The position numbers and the translations under genes are program-made. A stretch of DNA of 64,000 bases from an uncultured Erysipelotrichaceae bacterium. GTDB taxonomy: Bacteria > Bacillota_I > Bacilli_A > RF39 > UBA660. Positions 29,801-38,351 of this stretch are shown one piece after another. Below the pieces are notes generated by a model that saw only the letters and a program-made list of their open reading frames with translations, was not told the origin of the DNA and ran no database searches. Each line of letters starts with the position of its first letter. Positions within the stretch are counted from its first letter, which is position 1. The stretch spans positions 157,807 to 221,806 of the forward strand of contig CADBDE010000001.1 in assembly GCA_902793375.1 (NCBI GenBank). The letters are read 5' to 3'.

Positions 29801-31547
29801 TTATAATACTAATTTTGCTGGTGTTACTGCATTTTTAAGTTCTACAAATAGACTTTCTAATTGGTCAATAGATTTAATTTTATTTAAAGCTGTTGGAATA
29901 GATCTTGAAATGGCACCTGGAGAAGAGCAAGAATTCTCATTCATGTTAGGAACTGAAATTGGAAACGATAATGTTGCATCTTTAATAGAAAAATATAATT
30001 CTATTGAAAAAATAAATAAAGAGTTTAAAGCAGTTAAAGATTATTGGAAGAATAGATTAAGTGTTATTAAGGTTAAAACTCCAGATGAATCATTTAATAA
30101 TGTTATTAATGGATGGTATTTATATCAAACTTTTGCATCAAGAATAAATGCAAAAGCAGGATTCTATCAAGTTGGAGGAGCCTTTGGATATCGTGATCAA
30201 TTACAAGATTCAATGAATGTTTGTATGGTAGAACCAGAAATAACAAGAAGACAAATTATTGAAAATGCTAAACATCAATTTATGGAAGGTGATGTACTTC
30301 ACTGGTGGCATGAATTTTTAAGACTTGGATTAAGAAGTAGATACAAAGATGATTTCTTATGGCTTGTGTTTGCAACAATTAGATATGTTACAGTAACTGG
30401 TGATTATAAAATTCTTGATGAAAATATTGAATTTGTAGATGGTGAAAAACTTGGAGAGAAAGATGCTGAAAGAGGAATTAATTATGCCTATACAAATACT
30501 AAAAAAACTTTGTATGAACATTGTTTATTATCAATTAATAAGTCATTTAGTGAATTAGGTGATAATGGTCTTCCTTTAATGGGTGGAGGAGACTGGAACG
30601 ATGGAATGAACAAGATTGGTATTGAAGGAAAAGGTACTAGTGTATGGCTTGGTTTCTTCTTATATACGATCGTTAAGTCATTCTTACCGCTAGCTAAAAA
30701 GTATAAGAATTTGGATACTAAAGAATATGATGAAAAATTAGCAAAACTAAAGAAATCTTTAAATTCAAATGCTTGGGATGAGGATTATTATTTAAGAGCA
30801 TTCTTTGATAATGGAGATGTTTTAGGTTCTCATATAAATGATGAATGTAAGATTGACTTAATAAGTCAAAGCTTTGCAATTATATCTGAAGTAGTTGAAA
30901 AAGATAGGATTGATAAAGTAATTAATTCAGTAGAAAAATACTTGGTAGATTCTGATTTAAAGATTATTAAGTTACTTGATCCACCATTTGCTAAAACTAA
31001 AAATAATCCAGGATATATTATGGATTATCCAAAAGGAATAAGAGAAAATGGAGGACAATATACTCATGCTGTGTCATGGTATATAATGGCTTTAATTAAG
31101 TTGGGTTACAAAGATAGAGCATATGAGTATTTCCAAATGATTAATCCAATTAATAGAACTTCTACTAAGAAAGATGTTAAAAAGTATAAAGTTGAGCCAT
31201 ATGTTATAGCAGCAGATATTTATAGTAATCCTGATTATCCTGCAAGAGGAGGATGGACTTGGTATACTGGTAGTGCAGGATGGTTCTATTATGTAGCATT
31301 AACAGAAATACTTGGTATGAAAAAAGAAGGAAATACTTTGAGATTTAAGCCGTCTGTTCCAAAAACATGGAAATCTTTTGAAATTGAATACAGATATATA
31401 GATACTTTATATAAAATAAAATATAATTATAATAGTAAGAGTGAAGGTATTATTGTTGATGGAGATAAGATAAGTAAAAATTATATTACTCTTAAGAATG
31501 ATAAGAGACTTCATGCTGTAATTATAAGTGGAGGTAACAATGATTAA
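23874..31547 (+). CDS. Cyclic beta-1,2-glucan synthase (Cgs/NdvB)-like giant protein: cytoplasmic N-terminus, TM helices flanking a GT84/GT2-like glycosyltransferase domain, then a ~1650 aa GH94-like glycoside-phosphorylase region
   Basis: 2557 aa continuous ORF; GT motifs ITLDSDTEI (DxD) and QHRWTRGD (Q-x-x-RW); multiple TM helices at residues ~320-360 and ~740-900; GH94 hallmark GGGDWNDGMN near the C-terminal (alpha/alpha)6 region. Confidence 0.75.
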   Translation: MNKMYKRVIDNCKYIEEYYEKLVDLTKNHNFVGSTNEWIIDNFYLVVEQRNVIKKFVKNKHNRNILNSNEDMYTILLDIYLKHNYSMDKNILIKELNSYQTKNDICFSYNAVSVMPIFISILLIEELYGLCKKREEKLDDLKKVNEVISKIDAARLENPDVNLSDYVKIDKYIIEHPYYLYNLNANLKEFGESSNDIFEKLNKYLEENNVDLKEVINNEHLSSISDNLLVSNLFNNLRTVTKLKYDELVSRVSKAEKTLLTDSVYKSMTQESKNLYRRQIVKNAKKTNEFKYVYNIMEKVRNSDKEIADFIFKKRSYNKTFISYISLIIVFTFLISFGLSFLVLDYWYIAFILLLIPISEVVIQLLNKIYMRFNRPKTLPKLDFSRGIPEEYATMIVIPTIVKNTKKIDDMFLQLEKYYLSNKSPNLYFTLLGDCSESNTRDCDFDGEIAKYGVEKAKELNTKYNKELFYFMYRRRVFQQGEGKFLGYERKRGALMHFNKLLLGKLSDKDKEKYIYIETVSNLKAKIKYVITLDSDTEIVLNTVQSLVGLMAHPSNRPVLSKNKDKVISGYGIVQPRVSVDIESTNKSTYSQLVAGIGGFDIYSSIIPNFYQDVFGEGSFVGKGIYDLEVFETVIGDKFPENLILSHDLLEGNYLRCGFASDIELIDDFPPSFLVDMSRQHRWTRGDFQIIGWLKKKIKSKSGFKIKNPLNGIEKFKIFDNIRRTFIRPALLLLTFLSFICGCPLFALLISVFVIFLPLFFYLKEIVSIQKKTVASFKHYDSLVFGASALIARVFIDLITMPYVAYMHLNAMFKSFYRMLVSHKKLLNWITAEDAQKTIGGKLITYIRAFEANYVTAIILVILTIFNYHYFYIGVILIICFLIAPFILYRVSKVHETKVSLDEDKNKELKEIAKRTWNFFANLLTAENNYLIPDNYQLNRENKVDQKTSPTDIGMSITSVISAYELGFIRIDETFEYLDNIISSIEKLEKWNGFIYNWYNIKNMEKMLPYDISSVDNGNLAACYMVAREFCHENENEKLEERIKKLYDDMDFKKLYTDKDVFSIAYDCSEDRLSTYNYNKFASESRILSFVAIAKGDVPAKHWLCLDKSLTKYHKYKGLTSWSGTSFEYFMPEIFMKSYSNTLLDESYFFSIYCQREYMKEVDKNMPWGISESAYSELDDGLNYKYKAFATPYLKVQEDKVQRVVISPYASILAITNNPQAVYNNINKLKKLDMYGDWGFYESYDYDEKTIVESYFSHHQGMILASLCNYLKENAIRELFHNDVRVKSIEILLKEKVQFNPIIDLKIYGYKRYHYEKEIVENDIRAFNFISDVPEVSVLSNNNYMLLMNDRGNGFSRYKQIQLNRYRKITEQNYGMFMYIKDMSNSKYWSNTYSPTYVKPNKYNVVFASDRITFVRQDNRITTKTEIIVTKEHNAEIRKVTFKNHSSEDKYLELTTYNEPIISENIDDITHRTFRNLFISSEYDKANESIIMCRKNNNKNLSQYYFNRLLIEDDNHKITYETERSNFIGRGRNNDKPLAMEEKLTNTIGTNIDPIIAIRSNIIVPAGKEKTVFFIAGYSKSREQITDIIESYNTYSKIDTAFEYATLANNINTKILGINGPDMRNYNMMLNYLYQTSRHFINAERKDILTKNSLNQTNLWKYGITGDYPIMLVEIYESESINLVKEVLKAYEFYKTRSIFVDVVVINRESDEYKPIVKREIEKEMYRMNTLYDFYATPGRLYVLDGNDVSYQEDVLLNMVARLRFDSKKSTSLTDSIHILQKENKMIVYDSIKYAESIKAKEDESLKFYNEFGGFNKNGDEYIITNPETPTPWTNVIANPNFGTIVTNNECGFTYAYNSQMFKITSWTNDIVLDDISEGINVNGERVSANKCVHGFGYSTFSHETKDYTFDTTHFVALNDTIKFYKIKFTNKSKENKTYKLHFWINPTFGPNEEKSSRYLLSDYYESMNSVLIRNVYNTNFAGVTAFLSSTNRLSNWSIDLILFKAVGIDLEMAPGEEQEFSFMLGTEIGNDNVASLIEKYNSIEKINKEFKAVKDYWKNRLSVIKVKTPDESFNNVINGWYLYQTFASRINAKAGFYQVGGAFGYRDQLQDSMNVCMVEPEITRRQIIENAKHQFMEGDVLHWWHEFLRLGLRSRYKDDFLWLVFATIRYVTVTGDYKILDENIEFVDGEKLGEKDAERGINYAYTNTKKTLYEHCLLSINKSFSELGDNGLPLMGGGDWNDGMNKIGIEGKGTSVWLGFFLYTIVKSFLPLAKKYKNLDTKEYDEKLAKLKKSLNSNAWDEDYYLRAFFDNGDVLGSHINDECKIDLISQSFAIISEVVEKDRIDKVINSVEKYLVDSDLKIIKLLDPPFAKTKNNPGYIMDYPKGIRENGGQYTHAVSWYIMALIKLGYKDRAYEYFQMINPINRTSTKKDVKKYKVEPYVIAADIYSNPDYPARGGWTWYTGSAGWFYYVALTEILGMKKEGNTLRFKPSVPKTWKSFEIEYRYIDTLYKIKYNYNSKSEGIIVDGDKISKNYITLKNDKRLHAVIISGGNND

Positions 31548-32745
31548 TTTTGATTTTCATAAATATGCTAGTAAGTATATAAAAAAAGAAGATAAAGTAG
31601 AATATCTAGAAAAAGCAAGAGAAATAAAGGCTAGATTTATTGATGGGGACTTAAAATATTGGAATAAATTAGATACTTTTATATCAAGTCAAGAACTTAA
31701 GAAAATAGTTAATATGACAGATTATATTAGATCTAATTGTGATGTATTTATAGTAATAGGAATTGGTGGATCTTACATGGGAAGTAAAGCTGTTATTGAG
31801 GCTTTATCTCCTATGTATGATAAAAAAGGTCCAGAAATAATATTCTTAGGAACAAATCTATGTAGCGAAGAATATTATGAAACACTTGAATATATTAAAG
31901 AAAAAGATGTAATTGTTGATGTAATATCCAAGTCAGGTACTACTCTTGAGCCATCAATTGCTTTTTCACTTATTTTAGATTTAATGAGTAAAAAATATAG
32001 TGAAGAAGAATTAAAGAATAGAGTAATAATTACTACTGATCCAGAAAAAGGTGATTTAAGAAATCTTGCTAATTTAAAAGGTTTTGTTACATTTACTGTA
32101 CCAGAGGCAGTTGGAGGAAGATTTTCTTGTTTAACTCCTGTTGGATTATTACCAATAGCAGTAGCTGGAATTGATATTTTAAAACTTATAAATGGTGCTA
32201 GAACTTCTTATGAAAGAGTAGATAGAGCAATAGAATATGCAGTAATTAGAGACATAATGTATAAAAAAGGAAAAATTATTGAATCATTTACTGTCTATAA
32301 TCCAAAATTAAATTATTTCTGTGAGTGGTTAAAGCAATTGTTTGCAGAAACACAAGGAAAAGATAAAAGAGGAATACTTCCTATATCTTGTATTAACACA
32401 AGAGATTTACATTCTCTAGGACAATTTTTACAAGAAGGCCATGATATTATATTTGAAACAGTAATAGGAATAGATAAAGATAAAATGGTAACACTAGATA
32501 AATATGATATGGAGTTAAATAGTATTAATAAAATAGCACTTGATAAGGTTGGATTAGCTCATTATAATGGAGAAACTCCAAGTAATTTAATAACTATAGA
32601 AGAAAAAAATGAAGAAACTATTGGAGAATTAATTCATTTCTTCATATTATCAGCAATTATTGGAGCGTTAATAATGGAAGTTAATCCATTTGATCAACCT
32701 GGAGTACAAGAATATAAAAAATTGATAAGTGAGGAGTTAGAATAA
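31540..32745 (+). CDS. pgi: Glucose-6-phosphate isomerase (short ~400 aa form)
   Basis: PGI signatures IVIGIGGSYMGSKAV and GGRFSCLTPVGLLP; GGAGGT RBS inside the end of the upstream gene; ATG overlaps the Cgs-like gene by 8 nt. Confidence 0.85.
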   Translation: MINFDFHKYASKYIKKEDKVEYLEKAREIKARFIDGDLKYWNKLDTFISSQELKKIVNMTDYIRSNCDVFIVIGIGGSYMGSKAVIEALSPMYDKKGPEIIFLGTNLCSEEYYETLEYIKEKDVIVDVISKSGTTLEPSIAFSLILDLMSKKYSEEELKNRVIITTDPEKGDLRNLANLKGFVTFTVPEAVGGRFSCLTPVGLLPIAVAGIDILKLINGARTSYERVDRAIEYAVIRDIMYKKGKIIESFTVYNPKLNYFCEWLKQLFAETQGKDKRGILPISCINTRDLHSLGQFLQEGHDIIFETVIGIDKDKMVTLDKYDMELNSINKIALDKVGLAHYNGETPSNLITIEEKNEETIGELIHFFILSAIIGALIMEVNPFDQPGVQEYKKLISEELE

Positions 32746-32746
32746 T

Positions 32747-33547
32747 ATGGAAGAAGCATATATATCTTTTATAGTAATAGCAATTATATTTTTGCTTTGT
32801 ATGTTACCTGGATGTATAATCCAAATTAACGAATATGAAAGAGGGGTACTTTTCTCTCGAGGAAAATTTAAAAAAGTATTAAAACCAGGGTGGCATTTAA
32901 GGCTTCCTATACTTCAAAGTTTTAAGAAAGTTGATATAAGAACTAAAGCCGATGATGTACCTGCTCAAGAAGCAATTACTAAAGATAATGTATCTGTTAA
33001 AATAAATGCAGTTTTATACTATAAAATATTTGATGCATCCAAAGCAATTCTTGAAGTTGAAAATTATTATTATGCAACAGGACAACTTGCACAAACAACA
33101 ATGAGAAATGCAGTTGGTAGTGTAACACTTGATGAATTATTGGGAGAAAGAGAAAAAATATCTGGTGAAATATGTAAAGTAATTGATGAATTAACTGATC
33201 CATGGGGAATTAAAGTTGAAAACGTTGAATTAAAAGATATTTCACTTCCAGAAGAGATGCAAAGAGTAATTGCAAAAGTTGCTGAAGCAGAGCGTGAAAA
33301 AGCAGCTGTTATAACTAAGGCAGCTGGTGAAGTTGAAGCTTCAAAAAATTTGGCAGAAGCTGCGCAAAACATGGCATCAGTTCCTGGTGCACTTCATTTA
33401 AGAACGTTATCAACAATTAATGATGTTTCAAGTGACCAATCAAATACTATTATATTTGCAATACCTTTAGAAATATTAAGAGCATTTGATGGAGCTAATG
33501 TAAAAGATATTGTTAGTAAAATAAGCAATAAAAAAGATGATAATTAA
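32747..33547 (+). CDS. SPFH/band-7 (stomatin-like) membrane protein
   Basis: N-terminal TM anchor followed by an SPFH domain (RTKADDVPAQEAITKDNVSVKINAVLYYKI...VELKDISLPEEMQRVIAKVAEAEREK); starts 1 nt after the pgi stop. Confidence 0.85.
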   Translation: MEEAYISFIVIAIIFLLCMLPGCIIQINEYERGVLFSRGKFKKVLKPGWHLRLPILQSFKKVDIRTKADDVPAQEAITKDNVSVKINAVLYYKIFDASKAILEVENYYYATGQLAQTTMRNAVGSVTLDELLGEREKISGEICKVIDELTDPWGIKVENVELKDISLPEEMQRVIAKVAEAEREKAAVITKAAGEVEASKNLAEAAQNMASVPGALHLRTLSTINDVSSDQSNTIIFAIPLEILRAFDGANVKDIVSKISNKKDDN

Positions 33548-33566
33548 AAAGAACAGTTCTTTGTCA

Positions 33567-34943
33567 AATAGTGTTGGTGAACAATAAATTTGATAAATGA
33601 ATTGTTTATAGAGAGTGATTTTTAATCACTCTTTTATAATGCCTTTAATTAAAAATATTCTGGCAATAAAATGATCATATTTTTTATAGCCAAAAGCGAT
33701 TCGTTTTAGACATTTAATTAAATTATTTGTTCCTTCAATAATTCCATTATTTATATCATATTTAAATGAATTTTCTATATATTTTAAATTATCATTATAT
33801 AACTTTAAAGCTTGTTTCATTTTTGTATTAGAATGTAGTACTATTGATTTAAATTTATTAAAATCTTTATTCTTTAAAGAATTAATTAATCCTTGATAAC
33901 ATTCATAAGTAGCTTTCAATTCTAAATTTGTATTAATTAAGTATTGTACAATTTCTTTTTGAGATATTTCCTTTTTAAAATGCTTAGAGTATCTTTTTTT
34001 ATTAGACAAGTCATTTTCATTTTTAACAATTAATTTCCAATAATCTTTTAACTTATTATAATTAGGATTAGACTTATAACAAAGTTTAACTCTAGTAGTA
34101 TTTAAAGCATTATATGCTTGAATAACTATGTGGAATCTATCTATTGATATTTCAGCATTTTTAATATATGTTTAACTTTGTTTCTTTCATCTTTAGAATA
34201 TCTTCTAAAATATTTATTTAAATCAATAGATTTTCTGGAGTCCTGAATATCGAAAATATTTCCATTATCATTATCAGTAATAATAAAAGCCATTTTTCCT
34301 TTAGTATCACGAGTTGCTTTAAATTCATCCCAGTTCATAGATTTTGGAAGAGTGGAATGCCTTAAAACAGTATGAGAAGAGATTTCAGTTAGTTTTCTAT
34401 CTATTTTAGAAACAGAGACATCTAATCTTTTAGCAATATCTTTTTCACTTTGTTTTGACATCAATTCAAGATTTATTTGAAGTTCAGTATTATTAGAAAT
34501 GTTTTTATTTTTATTAATTAAACTAGTTTCAGCAATAAAAGTTTTATTACAATTTCTACAAAAAAATCTCTGTTTGTGAAGAATTAATAAAGAAAAACAA
34601 TTTGAAATTTTAGGAATTTTTATTTTACAATTTTATCTGAATCCCCATTTAATAATGTCATTGTGAGATTCATTAATACAACCACAACAAGGACAAAAAT
34701 CAGGAATATAAGATAAAAATCCTTCAATAATCTTATATTTCTTATTTTTTATAACTTTTTCCTCAATATTAGGTGAGATAAAAATATTTTTATCTTCAAT
34801 ATTTAGCAAATTTAATATATAATTATTCATAGACATAGGTTTATTCCTTTCAATGTTTTCTTGTCAATTACATTGTATCAAACCTATGTCTTTTTAATAA
34901 ATAAAAATAGTGTAGTGAATTTACACTCACCAACACTATTTAT
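33567..34943 (-). mobile_element. ISL3-family insertion sequence (~1.38 kb) with imperfect terminal inverted repeats and an inactivated transposase
   Basis: Terminal IRs AAATAGTGTTGGTGA...TAAATT at 33567-33595, matched in reverse complement at 34915-34943; the internal ORFs encode the ISL3 zinc-finger N-terminus, middle segment and C-terminus (…IEGTNNLIKCLKRIAFGYKKYDHF…). Confidence 0.75.
33626..34836 (-). pseudogene. ISL3 transposase pseudogene: an in-frame TAA at 34630-34632 plus a frameshift near 34010-34140 split it into three ORF fragments
   Basis: Fragments 34633-34836 and 34141-34464 are in the same frame, separated by one stop, and read-through translation restores the ISL3 sequence; fragment 33626-34009 is in a different frame. 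Confidence 0.75.
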
Positions 34944-34999
34944 AATACAACCTTTATAAGTGTTTACTTTTTATTTTTTTGAAAAAAGTGAAAAAATGC

Positions 35000-35028
35000 T
35001 TGATTTTAAAGGTTTGGAGTGATATAAT
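35000..35028 (+). promoter_or_regulatory. Sigma-A-type promoter of the S10 operon (TTGATT, 17 nt spacer, TATAAT)
   Basis: ttgattttaaaggtttggagtgatataat ~125 nt upstream of rpsJ. Confidence 0.55.
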
Positions 35029-35151
35029 TTTAAACGTGTGGCTGCTTAGATGTGTGAGGTTGCTGATACGCCAGGCGAAGTTGCAAGGCAAAAATCGGGT
35101 TATTTACACGGAGCAAGTCTATACGACGATATAGGCGAAGGGAGGATTTAT
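35029..35151 (+). promoter_or_regulatory. Structured, locally GC-rich 5' leader of the S10 operon (candidate ribosomal-protein autoregulatory leader)
   Basis: ~120 nt at ~50% GC within 27% GC surroundings; potential long-range pairing CGTGT(35033)/ACACG(35106) and local hairpins (cgc-cag-gcg; ctata-cgacga-tatag) just 5' of the GGAGG RBS. Confidence 0.4.
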
Positions 35152-35457
35152 ATGTCAAATATAATTCGTATCAAATTAAAAGCATATGATCATAGAATTC
35201 TTGATAATGCTGCTACAAAAATAGTTGAAACTATTAAAAGAAATGGTGGAGTTGTAAGTGGTCCGGTACCTCTTCCAACAGAAATCGATAAAATAACTAT
35301 TTTGAGAGCTGTTCACAAGTACAAAGACTCTCGTGAACAATTTGAAATGCGTACACATAAGAGACTTATTGATGTTAAGAATCCAAACAAGGAAGTAATA
35401 GCTGCTTTAGCGCACTTAGATCTTCCAAGTGGTGTAGACATTCAAATCAAACAATAA
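35152..35457 (+). CDS. rpsJ: 30S ribosomal protein S10
   Basis: [18 protein letters not shown]...; GGAGG RBS; the ORF-track start at 35050 is a spurious upstream extension through the leader. Confidence 0.95.
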   Translation: MSNIIRIKLKAYDHRILDNAATKIVETIKRNGGVVSGPVPLPTEIDKITILRAVHKYKDSREQFEMRTHKRLIDVKNPNKEVIAALAHLDLPSGVDIQIKQ

Positions 35458-35490
35458 TAATTACTTAAAAGATTAGTAGGAGGAAAAAAT

Positions 35491-36246
35491 ATGAAAGGAA
35501 TCTTAGGTAAAAAAGTAGGAATGACTCAAGTTTTTACAAAAGCTGGTAAACTAATTCCTGTAACAGTTATCGAAGTTGAACCAAATGTTGTAACACAAAT
35601 CAAAACTGTTGAAAAAGATGGTTATGATGCAATACAACTTGCAACTGCTACTGTTAAAGAAAAAAGTTCTAACAAAGCTAAAATGGGTCATACAAACAAA
35701 GCAAACACTACTCCTAAGCGCTTCTTAAGAGAACTTAGAGGAGTAAACGTTAATGATTATACTTTAGGACAAACAATTAATATTGATGTGTTCAAAGAAG
35801 GAGAAATCGTTGATGTTCAAGGAATAAGTAAAGGAAAAGGATATCAAGGTGTAATTAAACGTTGGAATCAAAGCCGTGGACCTATGGGACATGGTTCACA
35901 ATACCATAGAGGTGTAGGATCTCTTGGTACACTTCTTCCAATGCACGTTTTAAAAGGAAAGAAAATGCCAGGTCATATGGGTAGTGAGACAGTTACTATT
36001 CAAAACTTGGAAATTGTATCAGTTGATTTAGAAAATAATGTTATCTTAGTTAAAGGTAATGTTCCAGGTCCAAAGAAATCTTTAGTTTTAATCAAAACTT
36101 CTGTTAAAAAAGGAGAAAAAGCAAATGCTGCTCCTGAATTAATAACTTACGTTGAAACAGTTGTTGAAGAAAAGCAAGAAGAACCTGCTAGTGAAACAAC
36201 TGAAGAAGTTCCAGTAGAAGAAACAAAAGAAGAAGCTGGAGAATAA
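35491..36246 (+). CDS. rplC: 50S ribosomal protein L3 with an unusual ~40 aa acidic C-terminal extension
   Basis: Conserved L3 core to ...[17 protein letters not shown], then [43 protein letters not shown]. Confidence 0.95.
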   Translation: MKGILGKKVGMTQVFTKAGKLIPVTVIEVEPNVVTQIKTVEKDGYDAIQLATATVKEKSSNKAKMGHTNKANTTPKRFLRELRGVNVNDYTLGQTINIDVFKEGEIVDVQGISKGKGYQGVIKRWNQSRGPMGHGSQYHRGVGSLGTLLPMHVLKGKKMPGHMGSETVTIQNLEIVSVDLENNVILVKGNVPGPKKSLVLIKTSVKKGEKANAAPELITYVETVVEEKQEEPASETTEEVPVEETKEEAGE

Positions 36247-36297
36247 TCATTATAAAGAAATTGATAATTTGTTTATGATGAAAGGAGGAAATTAAAG

Positions 36298-36918
36298 ATG
36301 GCAAAAGTAACACTTGTAAACCTTAAAGGTGAAAAACAAGAGGAAATAAAACTAAATGATGAAATATTTGGAATTGAACCTAATAAAAATGTTTTATATG
36401 ATGCAGTTATCTTAGCAAGAGCATCATTAAGACAAGGAACACATGATACAAAAACTAGAAGTGAAGTAAGAGGTGGCGGAAGAAAGCCATGGAGACAAAA
36501 AGGAACTGGACATGCACGTCAAGGTTCTATAAGAGCTGTACAATGGAGAGGTGGAGGAATTGCATTTGGTCCAACTCCAAGAGATTACAGTAAAAAACAA
36601 AATAGAAAAGAAAGAAGATTAGCACTACAAAGTGCAGTTGTTAGTAAATTAGAAGATTTTGTTGTAGTAAAAGAATTAAAATTAAAAACTCCAAAAACTA
36701 AAGACATGCAAACAATTTTAACTGATTTAAAATTAGATAATGTAAATACTTTAGTTGTTGTTAATGAATTAGATGAAAATTTAATTCTTGCATCTAGAAA
36801 CATTCCTAACATCTTATTAATAGATGTTGCTGAATTAAACGTTTTAGATTTAGTTGCTGCTTCAAAAGTACTTGTTACTAAAGATGCACTTAAGAGTATT
36901 GAGGAGGTGCTAAAGTAA
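36298..36918 (+). CDS. rplD: 50S ribosomal protein L4
   Basis: Homology and S10-operon order. Confidence 0.95.
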   Translation: MAKVTLVNLKGEKQEEIKLNDEIFGIEPNKNVLYDAVILARASLRQGTHDTKTRSEVRGGGRKPWRQKGTGHARQGSIRAVQWRGGGIAFGPTPRDYSKKQNRKERRLALQSAVVSKLEDFVVVKELKLKTPKTKDMQTILTDLKLDNVNTLVVVNELDENLILASRNIPNILLIDVAELNVLDLVAASKVLVTKDALKSIEEVLK

Positions 36919-36919
36919 T

Positions 36920-37204
36920 ATGGATACAAAATATTTAGAAATTATTAAAGCACCAGTTGTTACAGAAAAAGGAACAAGACTTTGTCAAGAAGAAGGAAAA
37001 TACTTATTTAAAGTAGATCCAAAAGCAACTAAAGATGATGTTAAGTTAGCTGTAGAAAAAATATTTAAAGTAAAAGTTGATAGTGTTCAAACTATTAATG
37101 TTAAACCTAAAAAGAGAAGAGTAGGACGTTATGCTGGTATGACTAACAAATACAAAAAAGCAATTGTTAAACTAGCAGAAGGTCAAACTATTGATCTTGG
37201 TTAG
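36920..37204 (+). CDS. rplW: 50S ribosomal protein L23
   Basis: Homology and S10-operon order. Confidence 0.95.
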   Translation: MDTKYLEIIKAPVVTEKGTRLCQEEGKYLFKVDPKATKDDVKLAVEKIFKVKVDSVQTINVKPKKRRVGRYAGMTNKYKKAIVKLAEGQTIDLG

Positions 37205-37218
37205 AAGGAGGGTAAATT

Positions 37219-38049
37219 ATGGCAATTAGAAGTTTTAAACCAACTACTAACGCAAGACGTAAGATGAGTACTCTAGTAAATGAAGAAATTACTACTTCAA
37301 CACCAGAGAAAAGCTTATTAGTTAGTTTAGGAAAAAATGGTGGTCGTAATAACCAAGGAAAAATCACTGTAAGACATCACGGTGGTGGAGTTAAAAGAAA
37401 ATATAGAATAATTGATTTTAAAAGAAATAAAAGAGATATAGTTGGTAAAGTTGCTACTATTGAATATGATCCAAATAGAAGCGCAAATATAGCTTTAATA
37501 AACTATGTAGATGGTGAAAAAAGATATATTATTGCTCCAAAGGATTTAAAGGTTGGTAATGAAGTAGTTTCTGGTGAAAATGTAGATATCAAAGTTGGTA
37601 ATGCATTACCACTTGCAAACATTCCAGTAGGTACAGTAGTTCATAATATTGAACTTAAACCAGGAAAAGGTGCTGAACTTGCAAGAAGCGCAGGAAGCAG
37701 TGCTCAAATACTTGGTAGAGAAGGTGCTTACGTAATGCTTCGTTTATCAAGCGGTGAACAAAGATTAGTTCTTGGAACTTGCTATGCTACAGTTGGTATA
37801 GTAGGAAATGAAGACTATGAGCTTGTTAAATTAGGAAAAGCAGGAAGAACACGTCATATGGGAATTAAACCAACTGTTCGTGGATCTGTTATGAACCCTA
37901 ATGATCACCCACATGGTGGTGGTGAAGGTAGAGCTCCTGTAGGACGTAGCGGACCAGTTACTCCATGGGGTAAACCAGCATTAGGATACAAAACTAGAAA
38001 GAAAAAGGCGTCTGATAAATTAATCGTTCGTCGTAGAAATGGTAAATAG
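37219..38049 (+). CDS. rplB: 50S ribosomal protein L2
   Basis: Homology (…[12 protein letters not shown]…) and order. Confidence 0.97.
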   Translation: MAIRSFKPTTNARRKMSTLVNEEITTSTPEKSLLVSLGKNGGRNNQGKITVRHHGGGVKRKYRIIDFKRNKRDIVGKVATIEYDPNRSANIALINYVDGEKRYIIAPKDLKVGNEVVSGENVDIKVGNALPLANIPVGTVVHNIELKPGKGAELARSAGSSAQILGREGAYVMLRLSSGEQRLVLGTCYATVGIVGNEDYELVKLGKAGRTRHMGIKPTVRGSVMNPNDHPHGGGEGRAPVGRSGPVTPWGKPALGYKTRKKKASDKLIVRRRNGK

Positions 38050-38061
38050 GAGGTAGAAAAA

Positions 38062-38331
38062 ATGGCAAGAAGTCTTAAAAAAGGTCCTTATGTATTTGAT
38101 AGATTATTAAATAGAGTTAAGGAATTAAACAAAAATGGTAAAAAAGAAGTTTTAAAAACTTGGTCTCGTCGTTCAACAATCTACCCTGATTTTATAGGAC
38201 ACACTTTTGCAGTTCACAATGGTAAAGAATTTATTCCAGTATATGTTACAGAAGACATGGTTGGACATAAATTAGGAGAATTTGCTTTAACTCGTAAATT
38301 CGGTGGTCATGGTGAAAACAAGGATAAATAA
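38062..38331 (+). CDS. rpsS: 30S ribosomal protein S19
   Basis: Homology and order. Confidence 0.97.
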   Translation: MARSLKKGPYVFDRLLNRVKELNKNGKKEVLKTWSRRSTIYPDFIGHTFAVHNGKEFIPVYVTEDMVGHKLGEFALTRKFGGHGENKDK

Positions 38332-38351
38332 TGACTAGGGAGGAAGAAAAG

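Noticed and set aside
33548-33566. A hairpin 'aaagaacagttcttt' after the SPFH gene as a terminator
   Set aside because: It has a 1-nt loop and no T-run, and it directly abuts the IS inverted repeat, so it is unlikely to be a functional terminator.
35050-35151. The 135-aa extended version of the rpsJ ORF, starting at 35050
   Set aside because: S10 begins at the conserved MSNIIRIKL (ATG 35152) with a GGAGG RBS. The upstream 34 codons run through the GC-rich leader and match no protein.
35029-35151. A possible tRNA or small RNA gene in the GC-rich segment upstream of rpsJ
   Set aside because: No acceptor-stem complementarity, no GTTC T-loop and no D-loop consensus; the position and structure fit a 5' leader better.
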